A DNA stretch of 64,000 nucleotides, from NCBI GenBank assembly GCA_965248355.1, contig OZ252098.1:1024001-1088000 (forward strand). The letters are read 5' to 3'. The DNA comes from Candidatus Latescibacterota bacterium. Its GTDB lineage: Bacteria > Latescibacterota > UBA2968 > UBA8231. This document shows positions 9,995 through 20,186 of this stretch, piece by piece. Both the position numbers and the translations under genes were made by a program. A model generated the notes under the pieces. It searched no databases and was not told where the DNA came from. It was given only the letters and a program-made list of their open reading frames with translations. The stretch's first letter is position 1. Each line of letters starts with the position of its first letter.

Positions 9995-10070
9995 GATCGG
10001 ATCTCTGCGAAGCGGGGGTACGATCAGGAAGAGGGAAGTGCGGAATGGTGCTTCGATTCTCGCGCAAGCC

Positions 10071-10100
10071 ATAATATCAGCAGCATCGGAAGATCGTCAA
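10071..10100 (-). promoter_or_regulatory. Candidate sigma70 promoter for tatT-dctPQM
   Basis: Minus strand TTGACG-18 nt-TATTAT with extended -10 TGn. Confidence 0.5.
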
Positions 10101-11149
10101 GGAACCTGGCTCTGCTGCACGCAACTCCACGGATCGCCCGTGTGGGCGCACGCCGCCAGTGCGGCGACCGTGGCCGGCAGATCTCCCTGGAACCGGGCAA
10201 GGACGGCCTCGAAGTCCGCTTGCCGGCTGTGATAGCGCCGATAGGACAACAGCAAGGCGTTGTTCGGTTCCCAGTCGAGGAATCCGTCGTAGCGAGGGCC
10301 GAAGTCGCCCCGGTTCCTCCGGTAGTCCCCCTTGGCCTGCCGGAACAGGTCGCGCCGCTTCCGAAGGACCTGATCCAGGCTGTCCCCGGCGCTGTACAGG
10401 CTGTCGAGGCGCGCCGCTACTCCCTGGACGAACGCGGTGAACCGGTCCGCCTCGCGCCGTCGACGACGGGACCGGCGGACCTCGGCGGAGTCCGCTCCGT
10501 AGCGCTCGGTGAGATACCTCAGCGTACCCACCCGTCCCACGAAGGTGGCGGCGTTCTCGTTGTAGTCGGCGTGTCCCTCGGCGTAGATGTCGGAGTGGGT
10601 CAACTCGTGCAGGATCAGCTCGGCGAGGCGGTCCTCGGAAGAACCGACCATGGTGCTCAGCACCGGGTCTTCGAGATAGCCGAGGGTGCTGTAGGCGGAC
10701 ACGGACCGGACGATGGCGTCATACCCCTCGGAGCTCAGACGATCCCGTTCCACCCTGGCGCGGTCCACGTCGAAGTAACCCTTGTACGGCAATTCGCCGA
10801 GGACGGGGAACCGCCAGAGGAAGGGCTCGAACCGGTGGGACGGGGAGGCGGAGACGTTCCAGGCCACGGGACCACCCCCGGTGTCGAAATAGCGGGTGTA
10901 TCCCTGGGAGGCCGTCAGTCCGACGCTCTCGCGGCCGAAGCGGCGCAACTCGCCGACGCGCTCGAGAGCGGCTCGGACCTCGAGTGGGGTCGAGGGCTCC
11001 GCCAGTACCTCGCCCACCGCCTGGCTGGTGAGCAGGATACGGCCCTGGCCCCGGGCGAGATGCAGGTAGTAGTCGAGCTCACCGCACGCCGACAGCAGCG
11101 GCAGCAACGCGGCGAGGGCCAGCCTCAGGTGGCGGTCGCTCAGGGGCAC
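10097..11149 (-). CDS. Putative zinc aminopeptidase lipoprotein (PF10023-like)
   Basis: Lipobox LSAC, W.FP..G..PYKGYF, AYSTLG, HELTH...NE zinc motif. Confidence 0.8.
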   Translation of the reverse strand: MPLSDRHLRLALAALLPLLSACGELDYYLHLARGQGRILLTSQAVGEVLAEPSTPLEVRAALERVGELRRFGRESVGLTASQGYTRYFDTGGGPVAWNVSASPSHRFEPFLWRFPVLGELPYKGYFDVDRARVERDRLSSEGYDAIVRSVSAYSTLGYLEDPVLSTMVGSSEDRLAELILHELTHSDIYAEGHADYNENAATFVGRVGTLRYLTERYGADSAEVRRSRRRRREADRFTAFVQGVAARLDSLYSAGDSLDQVLRKRRDLFRQAKGDYRRNRGDFGPRYDGFLDWEPNNALLLSYRRYHSRQADFEAVLARFQGDLPATVAALAACAHTGDPWSCVQQSQVP

Positions 11150-11300
11150 GGTCCGGTCCAACCCGCCCCATCCCCTGGCCCTTCTCGCCCAAGGAGCGGT
11201 ACGCCTTCTCTCGGTCACCCGGGGCAGCCGCCGTGACGTGAGATACGGGAGTTCTCCACCGGATCGGGTCGCCTTCCGAAAGGCTGCGCCCCGGGCAGCA

Positions 11301-12065
11301 CTACAGGCGAGCTCGGGCCTGCTCAAGCCCTCGCAGGGCGAGCTCGGACCGCGGAGCGACGATCAGAGCCTTCTCGTACTGGGCCGCGGCCTCGAGCCAG
11401 CGGGATTCCTCTGCCAACAGAGCGCCGAGCCCGAGGTAGGCGTCGAGCGCGTTGATGTTGATCTCGAGGGCCTGCTCGAATGCCTGGCGGGCGCCATCGG
11501 TGTCGCCCGCACTCGACAGCGCCTTGCCGAGGAGGATGGAGCTCTCCGAGTAGTGGGGATTGGCGGCCACTGCGCGCTGGAAGCAGGCGATGGCACTGTC
11601 CTGACGGCCTTCCGCCAGGGCCAGCTCTCCGAGCCGGAGGAGGGCCAGGGGGTGGTGCGGCATGACGCCGTGAGCCTGACCGAAGGCGGACCGGGCGCGA
11701 TCGGGACGATCCTTGGCGAGCCACTCGAGTCCCCGGCTGTAGTGGATGAAGAACGCCCGTCCCCGGTACTGCTCGGCGAGCTCGGACAACCCCTTCGCCT
11801 CGTAGACGCCGGCCAGACCGGTGATGGCCTCGACGCTCGAGCTGTCCTGCCGCAAAGCTCTGCGGAACCCCTCGGTAGCGCGATCGAGCCTGGCCGCCGC
11901 CCGCTGGGCCTGGGCCCACGCCAGCAATTCGGCGATCCCGGCCTCGGCGGGCATCTCGTCGGATGGGCCGCAGAACGAGAAGAGGCACGCAACCGCCATG
12001 AGGAGCGCGATGCCCGGCAACCGCCGGGAAAGGCAGGGGGGGTATTGCCGTCGGGAAGGACTCAC
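11301..12065 (-). CDS. Tetratricopeptide repeat protein, probably exported
   Basis: N-terminal hydrophobic stretch with Cys; several TPR-like repeats. Confidence 0.7.
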   Translation of the reverse strand: MSPSRRQYPPCLSRRLPGIALLMAVACLFSFCGPSDEMPAEAGIAELLAWAQAQRAAARLDRATEGFRRALRQDSSSVEAITGLAGVYEAKGLSELAEQYRGRAFFIHYSRGLEWLAKDRPDRARSAFGQAHGVMPHHPLALLRLGELALAEGRQDSAIACFQRAVAANPHYSESSILLGKALSSAGDTDGARQAFEQALEININALDAYLGLGALLAEESRWLEAAAQYEKALIVAPRSELALRGLEQARARL

Positions 12066-12559
12066 TTCCGTGGAGGTGTCACGGTCGTGCCGTCGTAGAT
12101 GACCTCGCCGTTCCGGTCGAGGATCCGGCCGTCTTCGGTGAACTCGTACTTCATCGCCTGACCCAGAGTCAGGTGCCGTTGCACTTCCTCTGGATCCCGG
12201 TACTTCTCTATCAGCTTCTCGATGGGACCCTCGAACTCGGTGGCCTGGTACTTGGGGCGATCCTTGTCTCTTGCCTTGCGTTCCTCCGCGGTCATGATCG
12301 GCAGGCGCTCCGCCGCCGGCGTGGTGCGGCCTCCCATGGCCTGCCGGCGGCGGTACTCCTCATGCCGCTTCTCCGACTCGGAAAGCATCTGTTCCGGCAG
12401 GGAGCCCAGTCCGGTCCCGCGCTCCAGCGGGGAAGAGGCCTCGTTTTCCTGCTTGCGCTGCGCCTCCTCCACCTCGCGGGCGAATCTCTGCTCGCGCTCC
12501 TGCTCCAGGTCGATGTCCGTGCCGAGCTTGCGCAGCACGTTCTTGGCCGCTCTGTTCAT
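12062..12559 (-). CDS. Hypothetical charged protein
   Basis: Coding-like Glu/Arg-rich composition; stop overlaps the next start; start set at MNRAAK. Confidence 0.6.
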   Translation of the reverse strand: MNRAAKNVLRKLGTDIDLEQEREQRFAREVEEAQRKQENEASSPLERGTGLGSLPEQMLSESEKRHEEYRRRQAMGGRTTPAAERLPIMTAEERKARDKDRPKYQATEFEGPIEKLIEKYRDPEEVQRHLTLGQAMKYEFTEDGRILDRNGEVIYDGTTVTPPRK

Positions 12560-12714
12560 CGTCGCCGATCTCCGTACGCGGGGGATCATGGTCCCGAGGA
12601 ATATAAGGCCCGGTCCATTCTTCAGAAAGCCGCTCCTTGTGGACAGACCCGCCCCGGCACCGCTATCTTCCCCGGATGTTTTTACGGACATCGATTCGAG
12701 CCGAGCGAAGCTGA

Positions 12715-13734
12715 ATGGCGTTCATATCGAGGTTCTTCTCGAACGACATCGGCATCGATCTGGGTACGGCCAACACCTTGATCTACGTGAAGGGCGAAGG
12801 GATCGTACTCAACGAGCCTTCCATCGTCGCTCGTCAGGTGATGACGAAGAAGGTTATCGCCGTGGGCCACGAAGCGAAGGAGATGATGGGACGGGAGAAC
12901 TCGGAGATCGAGACGATCCGGCCCCTCAAGGACGGGGTCATCGCCGATTTCGAGGTTACCGAGGAGATGATCCGCTCCTTCATCCGCATGGGAATGAGGA
13001 ATCGCTTGTTCGTGCGGCCCCGGATCGTCGTCTCCGTGCCTTCCGGCAGTACCGAGGTTGAGAGACGCGCCGTCCGCAATTCCTGCGAACGCGTCGGCGC
13101 CCGGCAGGTTCATCTCGTGAGCGAGCCCATGGCGGCTGCCATCGGCATCGGCCTGCCAGTGGAGCAGGCCGTAGGGTCGATGGTCATCGATGTCGGCGGC
13201 GGGACCACGGAGATCGCCGTCATCGCCCTGTCCGGAGTGGTTGCCGCCGAGTCGATCCGGGTCGCCGGCGACGAGATGGACCGGGCTATCACCGAGTGGG
13301 TGAGGAAGAAATACAACTTGCTCATCGGCCCTCGATACGCAGAGCAGTTGAAGTTCCAGATCGGCTGCGCCATGCCTCTGGATCCCGAGGAAGAGGCCCT
13401 CGTGCGAGGCCGGGATCTCGTCGAGGCCATCCCGAAGACCCTGATGGTCGACTCCCGGGAGATCCGCGAGGCCCTGTCCGATCCGGTGGCCCAGATCGTC
13501 GCCGGTGTCCGGCGTGGGCTGGAACGCACACCTCCCGAGTTGGCGGCCGATATCCTCGACCGGGGCATGGTCCTGTCGGGCGGCGGTGGCAAGCTGCGGG
13601 GGCTGCGAGAACGCCTGATTGAGGCAACCAGCCTGCCCACCTACCTCGATGACGAAGATCCGCTGTCGGCGGTCGTCCGCGGCAACGCCCGCGTTCTCGA
13701 CGAATTCGAGCGCTATCAGAAGGTCCTCTACTGA
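12715..13734 (+). CDS. mreB: Rod shape-determining actin MreB
   Basis: IDLGTANT, RPLKDGVIADF, DVGGGTTE. Confidence 0.97.
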   Translation: MAFISRFFSNDIGIDLGTANTLIYVKGEGIVLNEPSIVARQVMTKKVIAVGHEAKEMMGRENSEIETIRPLKDGVIADFEVTEEMIRSFIRMGMRNRLFVRPRIVVSVPSGSTEVERRAVRNSCERVGARQVHLVSEPMAAAIGIGLPVEQAVGSMVIDVGGGTTEIAVIALSGVVAAESIRVAGDEMDRAITEWVRKKYNLLIGPRYAEQLKFQIGCAMPLDPEEEALVRGRDLVEAIPKTLMVDSREIREALSDPVAQIVAGVRRGLERTPPELAADILDRGMVLSGGGGKLRGLRERLIEATSLPTYLDDEDPLSAVVRGNARVLDEFERYQKVLY

Positions 13735-13763
13735 GCCCTGCCCCACGCCCGGACGGGTCATTC

Positions 13764-14546
13764 GTGCTCCAGCGCCACCGTGAGTACCTCTGTTTCGGCT
13801 TGGTGGTGGTGGCCGCCGGCATGTTGTTGGGAATGCCTCCCGCCCAGCAGGAGAGAGTCGCCCGAGGCCTGCGAGCCGCGTCCTGGGGAGCCGGGCAGTG
13901 GGTGTTCTCGCGAATCATCCGTTTCGCCCGGAACCAGGAACAGTCCAGGTACCTCCTGACGCAGAACGTGCAGTTGGCCCTGGAGAACATGCGCCTCCGG
14001 GAGTCGGCCGAGGAAACCCTCCGTCTGCGCCAGGCCTTGCAGTTTCGGGAGCGCAGCCAGATTGGCGAACTGACGCCCGCGGAGGTGATCGGCCGGGACC
14101 CCGATCAGGGACTCGGTGTGCTGATCATCAATGGCGGCCGGGATCTGGGCTTGCACGAGGACTGGCCAGTGGTCACTACGGAGGGTCTGGTGGGGCACCT
14201 CCAGCAGGTCGACGCCCACAGCGCCGTGGTGCGTCTGATCCTTGATGCAAGGGTGGCCGCCCTGATCCACGGCAGCCGGGCTCAGGGTATCGTCTCCCCG
14301 GTCCGGGGGAACCTCTTCGAGCTCGGCTATGTGGACGCCAGCAAGTCCGTAGCGGAAGGCGACCGAGTCGTCTCGTCGGGCATGGGGGGGAGATATCCGA
14401 AGGGGATTACAATTGGTTACGTAACCCAGGTCAGCCGGCGCGAGGACAACCCCCTCTTCAAGCAGATCCTGCTGGAATCGGGCGTCGACTTTCGGGGGCT
14501 GGAAGAGGTGTTCATCCTTCGTCCCGGTCCCGGGGAGGGTCGTTGA
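13764..14546 (+). CDS. mreC: Rod shape-determining protein MreC
   Basis: TM, coiled coil, GLVG, SGMGGRYPKGITIG; follows mreB. Confidence 0.92.
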   Translation: MLQRHREYLCFGLVVVAAGMLLGMPPAQQERVARGLRAASWGAGQWVFSRIIRFARNQEQSRYLLTQNVQLALENMRLRESAEETLRLRQALQFRERSQIGELTPAEVIGRDPDQGLGVLIINGGRDLGLHEDWPVVTTEGLVGHLQQVDAHSAVVRLILDARVAALIHGSRAQGIVSPVRGNLFELGYVDASKSVAEGDRVVSSGMGGRYPKGITIGYVTQVSRREDNPLFKQILLESGVDFRGLEEVFILRPGPGEGR

Positions 14547-14571
14547 CAGCCCCCTGGGCGGTGGTTATTAT
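14543..14571 (+). promoter_or_regulatory. Sigma70 promoter for HU/small protein/tRNA unit
   Basis: TTGACA-17 nt-TATTAT. Confidence 0.7.
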
Positions 14572-14701
14572 GCAGATGGCCATCAGTTGCGTAAGCGTCT
14601 GGCACACAAGCGGAAGCGTCGGGGGCGACTCCGCCGGATCAGACGCCGGATGGCTGGGTTGTTGCCGGCCGGGGTTCGACCGAGAACGAGAGGGGGCGGC
14701 C

Positions 14702-15034
14702 TTGACCAAGGCTGATATCGTCCGTCAGATCGCCCAAGGCACTGGGCTGACGAAAACCGACACGGGCGCAGTCGTCGATGGCTTCATTGAAGCTGTGGTC
14801 AAGGCTCTCCAACAGGGCGAGCACATCGAGATCCGGGGTTTCGGCACCTTTAAATCCGTCAGCCGAGCCCCCCGGACGGGGCGCAATCCACGAACCGGCG
14901 CCGAGGTCAAGATCTCTCGCCGCAAAGCCCCCGTCTTCAAACCATCCAAGGAACTGCGGGCTCGTGTCGGAGCCGACGGAAGTCCCAGAGGAGAGGACAA
15001 GGATGCCTTGTGGAAGGAAGAGAAAGCGGCATAA
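14702..15034 (+). CDS. hup: HU/IHF-family DNA-binding protein
   Basis: TTG start, MTKADIV, IRGFGTF, RTGRNPRTG, PVFKPSKEL. Confidence 0.93.
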   Translation: MTKADIVRQIAQGTGLTKTDTGAVVDGFIEAVVKALQQGEHIEIRGFGTFKSVSRAPRTGRNPRTGAEVKISRRKAPVFKPSKELRARVGADGSPRGEDKDALWKEEKAA

Positions 15035-15098
15035 GATCAACACGCACAAGCGCAAGAAGCGCTTGCGCAAGAACCGTCACAAGAAGCGCGACCTCTAG
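15003..15098 (+). CDS. AURKAIP1/COX24 (bS22-like) small basic protein, 31 aa
   Basis: MPCGRKRKRHKINTHKRKKRLRKNRHKKRDL with purine-rich RBS. Confidence 0.85.
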   Translation: MPCGRKRKRHKINTHKRKKRLRKNRHKKRDL

Positions 15099-15152
15099 TT
15101 CCGTCTCGCTGCTGGTCGGTGGGCCAAGGTTCCGTCGCGCAGAAGATTGCGT

Positions 15153-15229
15153 GGGCTATTAGCTCAGCTGGATAGAGCGCTTGCCTCCGGAGCAAGAGGT
15201 CACAGGTTCGAATCCTGTATAGCTCACCA
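15153..15229 (+). tRNA. tRNA-Arg(CCG)
   Basis: Cloverleaf; anticodon arm CTTGC-CTCCGGA-GCAAG, TTCGAAT loop, encoded CCA. Confidence 0.97.
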
Positions 15230-15237
15230 TCGCCGGT

Positions 15238-15314
<77 letters not shown>

Positions 15315-15423
15315 TTTTCTTGCCAGTTCGCCGGGCCTCGGCGGTTCCTTCGGGAATCTCCCGAGGCCTGCATCTCATTGGCGCCGGGTGTCGGCACCCC
15401 AATGTCGACCCGAGCGCTTGCGT

Positions 15424-15501
15424 CGGGGTGTAGCGCAGTCCGGTTAGCGCACCTGCTTCGGGAGCAGGGGGTCGGCGGTTCGAATCCGCCCACCCCGACC
15501 A
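15424..15501 (+). tRNA. tRNA-Pro(CGG)
   Basis: CGGGGTG/CACCCCG acceptor stem, CCTGC-TTCGGGA-GCAGG, CCA. Confidence 0.97.
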
Positions 15502-15571
15502 CCCCCTAGGACCCGCAGATCGCCCTCCAAGAAGCGGCCCCGGGGGGCTGATCGCCTTTCCTTCCCTACGC

Positions 15572-16537
15572 GTGACCCGTCAGGCACGAAGCATCGTAAT
15601 CGTCGGTCCGACCGCGGTTGGCAAGACCGACTTGGCCTTGGAGCTTGCGGAGTCCATTGGAGGTGAGGTCGTCTCCATCGACTCACGACAGGTCTATCGG
15701 AGTCTGGACATCGGTACTGCCAAACCGACAGCTGAGCAGCGTCGCCGGGTCCGCCATCACATGATCGACCTCATCGACCCGACCCAAATCTATAGCGCCG
15801 GGCGCTTCGGGGCACTGGCTAGAGAGAGAGTAAAACGCCTTGAGGTCAAAGGCCTTACGCCTCTCATTGTGGGCGGTTCAGGACTCTATCTGTCAGCGAC
15901 GATCGACGGACTCTTCGTGGCGCCCCCGACGGATCGTTCCCTTCGTGCCAGGATGGCAGCTCGCCTCAAGGACGAAGGAGCCGAAGCCCTGGTCGCCGAG
16001 TTGCGCCGCCTGGATCCGGCTGCAGCCAGCGATATAGAGCCCGGGGATGGAATCCGTCTGCTCCGAGCTCTCGAGCTGGTCCTGGCCGATGGCCGTCAAC
16101 GGGCGGAAAGGTGGGAGGCGGATGGGGTCCACGGGTTGAGAAAGATGCCGATGATGATCTGTCTTACCCGGGCGCGGGAGAGCCTGTACGAGCGTATCCA
16201 CAGGCGCAGCGTGGCCATGTTCAATGCGGGGTGGCCGGAGGAAGTGGCGAAACTGCTGGCCGACGGCCTCGATCCCGGCGCCGCGGGACTCCAGAGCCTG
16301 GGCTATGCCGAGGTCGTAGACCACTTGGTCGCTGGTCTCCCGAGAGAGCGGGCGATCGAGGCCATCCAGCGCAGGACGCGAGGATTCGCAAAGAGACAGA
16401 TGACCTGGTTCCGGCGCGACCGCCGCCTGCGCTGGCTGGATCTGGATCGGCTTGGCCGCAACGGGGCCAAAGATCGTATTCTGCGCCAATGGGAGGCTAT
16501 CGGGATCTCTGGTGACGCCATTGACACTGGAAGTTAG
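15572..16537 (+). CDS. miaA: tRNA dimethylallyltransferase
   Basis: GPTAVGKT, DSRQVY..LDIGTAKP, GGSGLY, FAKRQMTWFR. Confidence 0.96.
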   Translation: MTRQARSIVIVGPTAVGKTDLALELAESIGGEVVSIDSRQVYRSLDIGTAKPTAEQRRRVRHHMIDLIDPTQIYSAGRFGALARERVKRLEVKGLTPLIVGGSGLYLSATIDGLFVAPPTDRSLRARMAARLKDEGAEALVAELRRLDPAAASDIEPGDGIRLLRALELVLADGRQRAERWEADGVHGLRKMPMMICLTRARESLYERIHRRSVAMFNAGWPEEVAKLLADGLDPGAAGLQSLGYAEVVDHLVAGLPRERAIEAIQRRTRGFAKRQMTWFRRDRRLRWLDLDRLGRNGAKDRILRQWEAIGISGDAIDTGS

Positions 16538-16549
16538 CCCGGTTATCTT
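16521..16549 (+). promoter_or_regulatory. Sigma70 promoter for tRNA-Gly
   Basis: TTGACA-17 nt-TATCTT, about 35 nt upstream of the tRNA. Confidence 0.7.
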
Positions 16550-16583
16550 AACTATCGACTTCAAGTGCGCGAAGAGGACCGGA

Positions 16584-16658
16584 GCGGGAGTAGTTCAGGG
16601 GTAGAACGCAAGCTTCCCAAGCTTGATGTCGCGGGTTCGACTCCCGTCTCCCGCTCCA
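16584..16658 (+). tRNA. tRNA-Gly(CCC)
   Basis: GCGGGAG/CTCCCGC acceptor stem, CAAGC-TTCCCAA-GCTTG, TCCA end. Confidence 0.97.
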
Positions 16659-16892
16659 ATTCCTCTCCATCCTTCCCCAGCAGACCCTCGTGAACGGTCC
16701 AGAGCGGCCTCCGGTTACAAGACCCGATCTACATATGTCCCTTCCGTCGCGAAGAAGGCGTCGAGAGCCTTCCTTGAAGAAGGTGGCGCAAGCCCCCCGG
16801 GCCGCAGAGGAAAGCCCGGCGGCCGGCGGGGTCCTGGGAATCGCCGTTCATGGCGGTCCCTGCTCCGTGGCCAGGTCGCCGGAGGAGGCCGC

Positions 16893-18242
16893 TTGATCAC
16901 GGTTCGAGGGGTGGAATCCGGTTCCCTGGCCGAACGGGCGGGATTCGCGGGCGGGGACCGGATTGCCCGTGTCAACGGCGAGCCGGTAGGCGACCTGATC
17001 GATTTCCAGGTGGCCAGCTCCGAGCCCCGGCTGCGGTTCGAGGTCGAGCGGGAGGGGCAGGTCTACGAGCTGGAAGTGGAGCGCCGGGGGGGAGAGCCTC
17101 TGGGGTTCGACTTCGACGAGATGCGTCTTCGACGCTGCAACAACAAGTGCGTGTTCTGTTTCCTGCACCAGATGCCGGGCGGCATGCGCCGGTCTCTCTA
17201 CTTCGAAGACGACGACTACCGGCTTTCCTTCCTGCACGGGTCCTACGTGACCCTGACCAACGTCAGGGAGGAGGATTTGCGACGGATCGTGGATCAGGGC
17301 CTGACGCCTCAGTACGTCTCGGTCCACGCCACCGATCCCGCGCTGCGGAAGCGATTGCTCGGGCGAAAGAGAGGTACGGTGTCCATCCTCGAGCGCATCG
17401 ACTACCTGGCGCGCTCGGGCATCGAGATGCACACCCAGATCGTCCTCTGTCCCGGATGGAACGATGGCGAGCATCTCGAGCGCACTCTGAGCGACCTCGA
17501 AGGGTTCTACCCTTCTGTCCGCTCGGTGGCACTGGTCCCCGTCGGGCTCACCCGCTTCCGGAGCCACCTGCCCGAGTTGCAGCCGGTCACTCCGGATCTC
17601 GCCGAGCGCTACCTGGCCGACGCGGAGCGCTGGGGCGAGCGCTGTGCCAGGGAACTCGGCGAGCGCTTCGTCTACCCCGGGGATGAGTTGTTCCTGCTGG
17701 TGGGACGACTCCCCCCTCCGGCCGGCTACTACGACGCCTTTCCACAGATCGAGAACGGAATCGGCATGGTGCGGACCTTTCTCGACTGCTGGGAGCGCGA
17801 ACGGGCGACGGTCCGAGGAGAGGTCGAGCGGCCCCTGCACCTGACCCTTGTCACGGGCCGGTTGGCGAGCCGATTCCTGATTCCCATGGTGGACGACCTC
17901 GATAGCAGCGAGGGCCTCCAAGTCGATGTCGTGGTCGTCGACAACGACTTCTTCGGTCCCGGCATCACGGTCTCCGGACTCCTCTCCGGACGGGATATGG
18001 CCAAGGCGCTGCGCGGCGGTCCCTGGGGCTTGGCGGTGCTTCCTCCCAACGCCGTCAACGGCGACGGAGTAACCCTCGACGATCTGACCGTAGCGGAGAT
18101 CGAGGCGGCCGCCGGCATGCCCGTGACGGTAGGAGAGTATGACCTGGCCGCCACCCTCCGCCGGTGCGTGGATCAGGAGAGCGTGGCTCGTGGGCGCGGA
18201 CGTCAGCTCTCGGAACTCGGGTTCTACGTCGGCCGCAAGTGA
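16893..18242 (+). CDS. PDZ + radical SAM-like DUF512 protein
   Basis: GGAGGAGG RBS, TTG start; PDZ-like N-terminus, CNNKCVFC, DDDYRLSFL, QIENGIG. Confidence 0.88.
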   Translation: MITVRGVESGSLAERAGFAGGDRIARVNGEPVGDLIDFQVASSEPRLRFEVEREGQVYELEVERRGGEPLGFDFDEMRLRRCNNKCVFCFLHQMPGGMRRSLYFEDDDYRLSFLHGSYVTLTNVREEDLRRIVDQGLTPQYVSVHATDPALRKRLLGRKRGTVSILERIDYLARSGIEMHTQIVLCPGWNDGEHLERTLSDLEGFYPSVRSVALVPVGLTRFRSHLPELQPVTPDLAERYLADAERWGERCARELGERFVYPGDELFLLVGRLPPPAGYYDAFPQIENGIGMVRTFLDCWERERATVRGEVERPLHLTLVTGRLASRFLIPMVDDLDSSEGLQVDVVVVDNDFFGPGITVSGLLSGRDMAKALRGGPWGLAVLPPNAVNGDGVTLDDLTVAEIEAAAGMPVTVGEYDLAATLRRCVDQESVARGRGRQLSELGFYVGRK

Positions 18243-19642
18243 CGCCTTCGGCACCCACCAGGACGGGCATTCTTCCCGTCGCCCCGGAGGGTCCGGTCGT
18301 GGCTATCGTGGGCCGGCCGAACGTCGGCAAGTCCACACTCTTCAACCGCCTCACCGGCACCCGGCGGGCCATCACCGACGACCAGCCCGGTGTCACCCGC
18401 GACCGGATTCACGGTATCGCCGAATGGGGAGGCCATCGATTCACCCTCGTCGACACCGGCGGTTACGTCCCCCGTTCGGACGGCATCGAAGGCGAGGTAC
18501 GATGGCAGGCGGAGAAGGCCCTGGAGGAAGCGGATCTCGTGCTGCTGGTCTGCGACGCGGCGGAAGGGGTCTCGGGTGCCGACCGGGAGGTGGCCGATCT
18601 CTTGCGGCGGCGCGGCATCCGTTGCCTTCTGGTAGTCAACAAGGTCGATCATCCGGATCCCTACCGGTACGACATGGGGGAGTTCTTTGGACTCGGCCTC
18701 GGGGATCCCCATCCCGTCTCGGGCGCCACGGGGCGCCGCTCCGGCGATCTGCTCGACGCGATCGTCGCCGGGTTCGACCCCGCCGGCCCGCCCCCAGTGG
18801 ACCCGCGGCCCGAGGTGCGCCTCGTCCTCTCCGGCCGGCCGAACGTGGGCAAGTCGACGCTCATCAACCGGCTGTGCGGAGAGCGCGTTTCCATCGTCCA
18901 CGAGCAACCCGGCACGACACGCGACTCCACCGACGTCACCATCCTCAGGGACGGACAGCGCTTCGTGCTGGTCGACACCGCCGGCTTGCGCAGGCGCACC
19001 CGGGTGCAGGACCCGGTCGAGTACTTCAGTGCCCTGCGGGCCTCGCACAGCCTCGAACGGGCGGATGTGGTCGTCGTCCTTCTGGACGCCGTCGAGGGAA
19101 CCACGGCCCAGGATGCCCGGATCATGAGCCGCGTCCTGGAGCTCGGCCGGGGCTTGGTGGTTGCGGTGAACAAGTGGGATCTGGTCGCCGCGACCGAAGG
19201 GGCCGGCCTGGCCGCCTATCGTGACGAGATGAGACGGCGCCATCCCTTCCTTCACCACTATCCGATCCTGACCCTGTCGGCCCTGACCGGCCGGCGGGCA
19301 GCGGACTGCCTGGGCGCGTCCGCCGCCGTCGCCGAACGTGCCCGCGCCCGGGTCCCCACCCCCCGGCTCAACCGGTGGCTTCAGGAGATCACCCGCCGAC
19401 GGGCGCCGGGCGGCGGCGGCGACGTGCGGATTCTCTACGCCACCCAGACCGGGGTGGCGCCGCCTACCTTCCTCCTGTTCTCCAATCGCCCGACCATGCT
19501 CAGCCCTTCCTATTGCCGCTTTGTCGAGAACTGTCTCCGCGAGAGAATCGACCTGACGGGCACACCGGTGCGCATCCACTGTCGGAGCAGCAACCGTCTC
19601 CGCCGGGGCCCGGACGGGGCGGAGGAGGGCCGAGATGAGTGA
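18239..19642 (+). CDS. der: Ribosome biogenesis GTPase Der (EngA)
   Basis: Two GRPNVGKST P-loops, DTGG/DTAG, NKVD/NKWD; GTGA overlap start. Confidence 0.96.
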   Translation: MTPSAPTRTGILPVAPEGPVVAIVGRPNVGKSTLFNRLTGTRRAITDDQPGVTRDRIHGIAEWGGHRFTLVDTGGYVPRSDGIEGEVRWQAEKALEEADLVLLVCDAAEGVSGADREVADLLRRRGIRCLLVVNKVDHPDPYRYDMGEFFGLGLGDPHPVSGATGRRSGDLLDAIVAGFDPAGPPPVDPRPEVRLVLSGRPNVGKSTLINRLCGERVSIVHEQPGTTRDSTDVTILRDGQRFVLVDTAGLRRRTRVQDPVEYFSALRASHSLERADVVVVLLDAVEGTTAQDARIMSRVLELGRGLVVAVNKWDLVAATEGAGLAAYRDEMRRRHPFLHHYPILTLSALTGRRAADCLGASAAVAERARARVPTPRLNRWLQEITRRRAPGGGGDVRILYATQTGVAPPTFLLFSNRPTMLSPSYCRFVENCLRERIDLTGTPVRIHCRSSNRLRRGPDGAEEGRDE

Positions 19643-20084
19643 GAGGAAGCCGGACATCGGCACGAAGCTGTACTACAGCATCGGCGAAGTGGCCGAACTC
19701 ACCGAATTGCCGCCATACACCCTGAGGTCCTGGGAGAAGGAATTCCCCTGGCTGCGCCCCAAGCGGGTGCGCGGAAAGAACCGTGCCTACCGCCCCCGAG
19801 ACATCGGTATCGTCCTGCTGATCAAGCGGCTCCTTCACGAAGAGCGCTATTCGACGATGGGCGCCCTCCAGAAGCTTCGTAACGAGCCGGAACTGATCCA
19901 GGGCGCTGGCCACCAAGCCCTCGTCGGCGAGGGTGCCCCAAACCGCCCCCCCCGCCCTGCCGCCAGGCCCCCGGCGGAGGGCCACGAATCCCCCGAGGCC
20001 GAGGGGGCCGGGGAGGTGCCGTCGAGCGCCCTGCTCCGCGAAGTTCTGGTGGAGCTGCGGGAGATCGCAGGGTTGCTTGGGTAA
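19635..20084 (+). CDS. MerR-family HTH regulator
   Basis: KLYYSIGEVA...LRSWEKEF..LRP. Confidence 0.85.
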   Translation: MSERKPDIGTKLYYSIGEVAELTELPPYTLRSWEKEFPWLRPKRVRGKNRAYRPRDIGIVLLIKRLLHEERYSTMGALQKLRNEPELIQGAGHQALVGEGAPNRPPRPAARPPAEGHESPEAEGAGEVPSSALLREVLVELREIAGLLG

Positions 20085-20103
20085 CGCCTTCCCGGCAGCG
20101 ATC

Positions 20104-20132
20104 TTGCTTTGAACCGTATATCTCTGTAATTT
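20104..20132 (+). promoter_or_regulatory. Candidate sigma70 promoter for rimP operon
   Basis: TTGCTT-17 nt-TAATTT in an AT-rich intergenic patch. Confidence 0.45.
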
Positions 20133-20186
20133 TAGCGACTTGGCACGCTTGGGTGCCTGCCTCTCTCAGTTGGGGAACTGGATGCC

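Noticed and set aside
14543..14701. 53-aa N-terminal extension of HU suggested by the ORF track
   Set aside because: That TTG is the -35 box of the promoter; homology and RBS point to the TTG at 14702.
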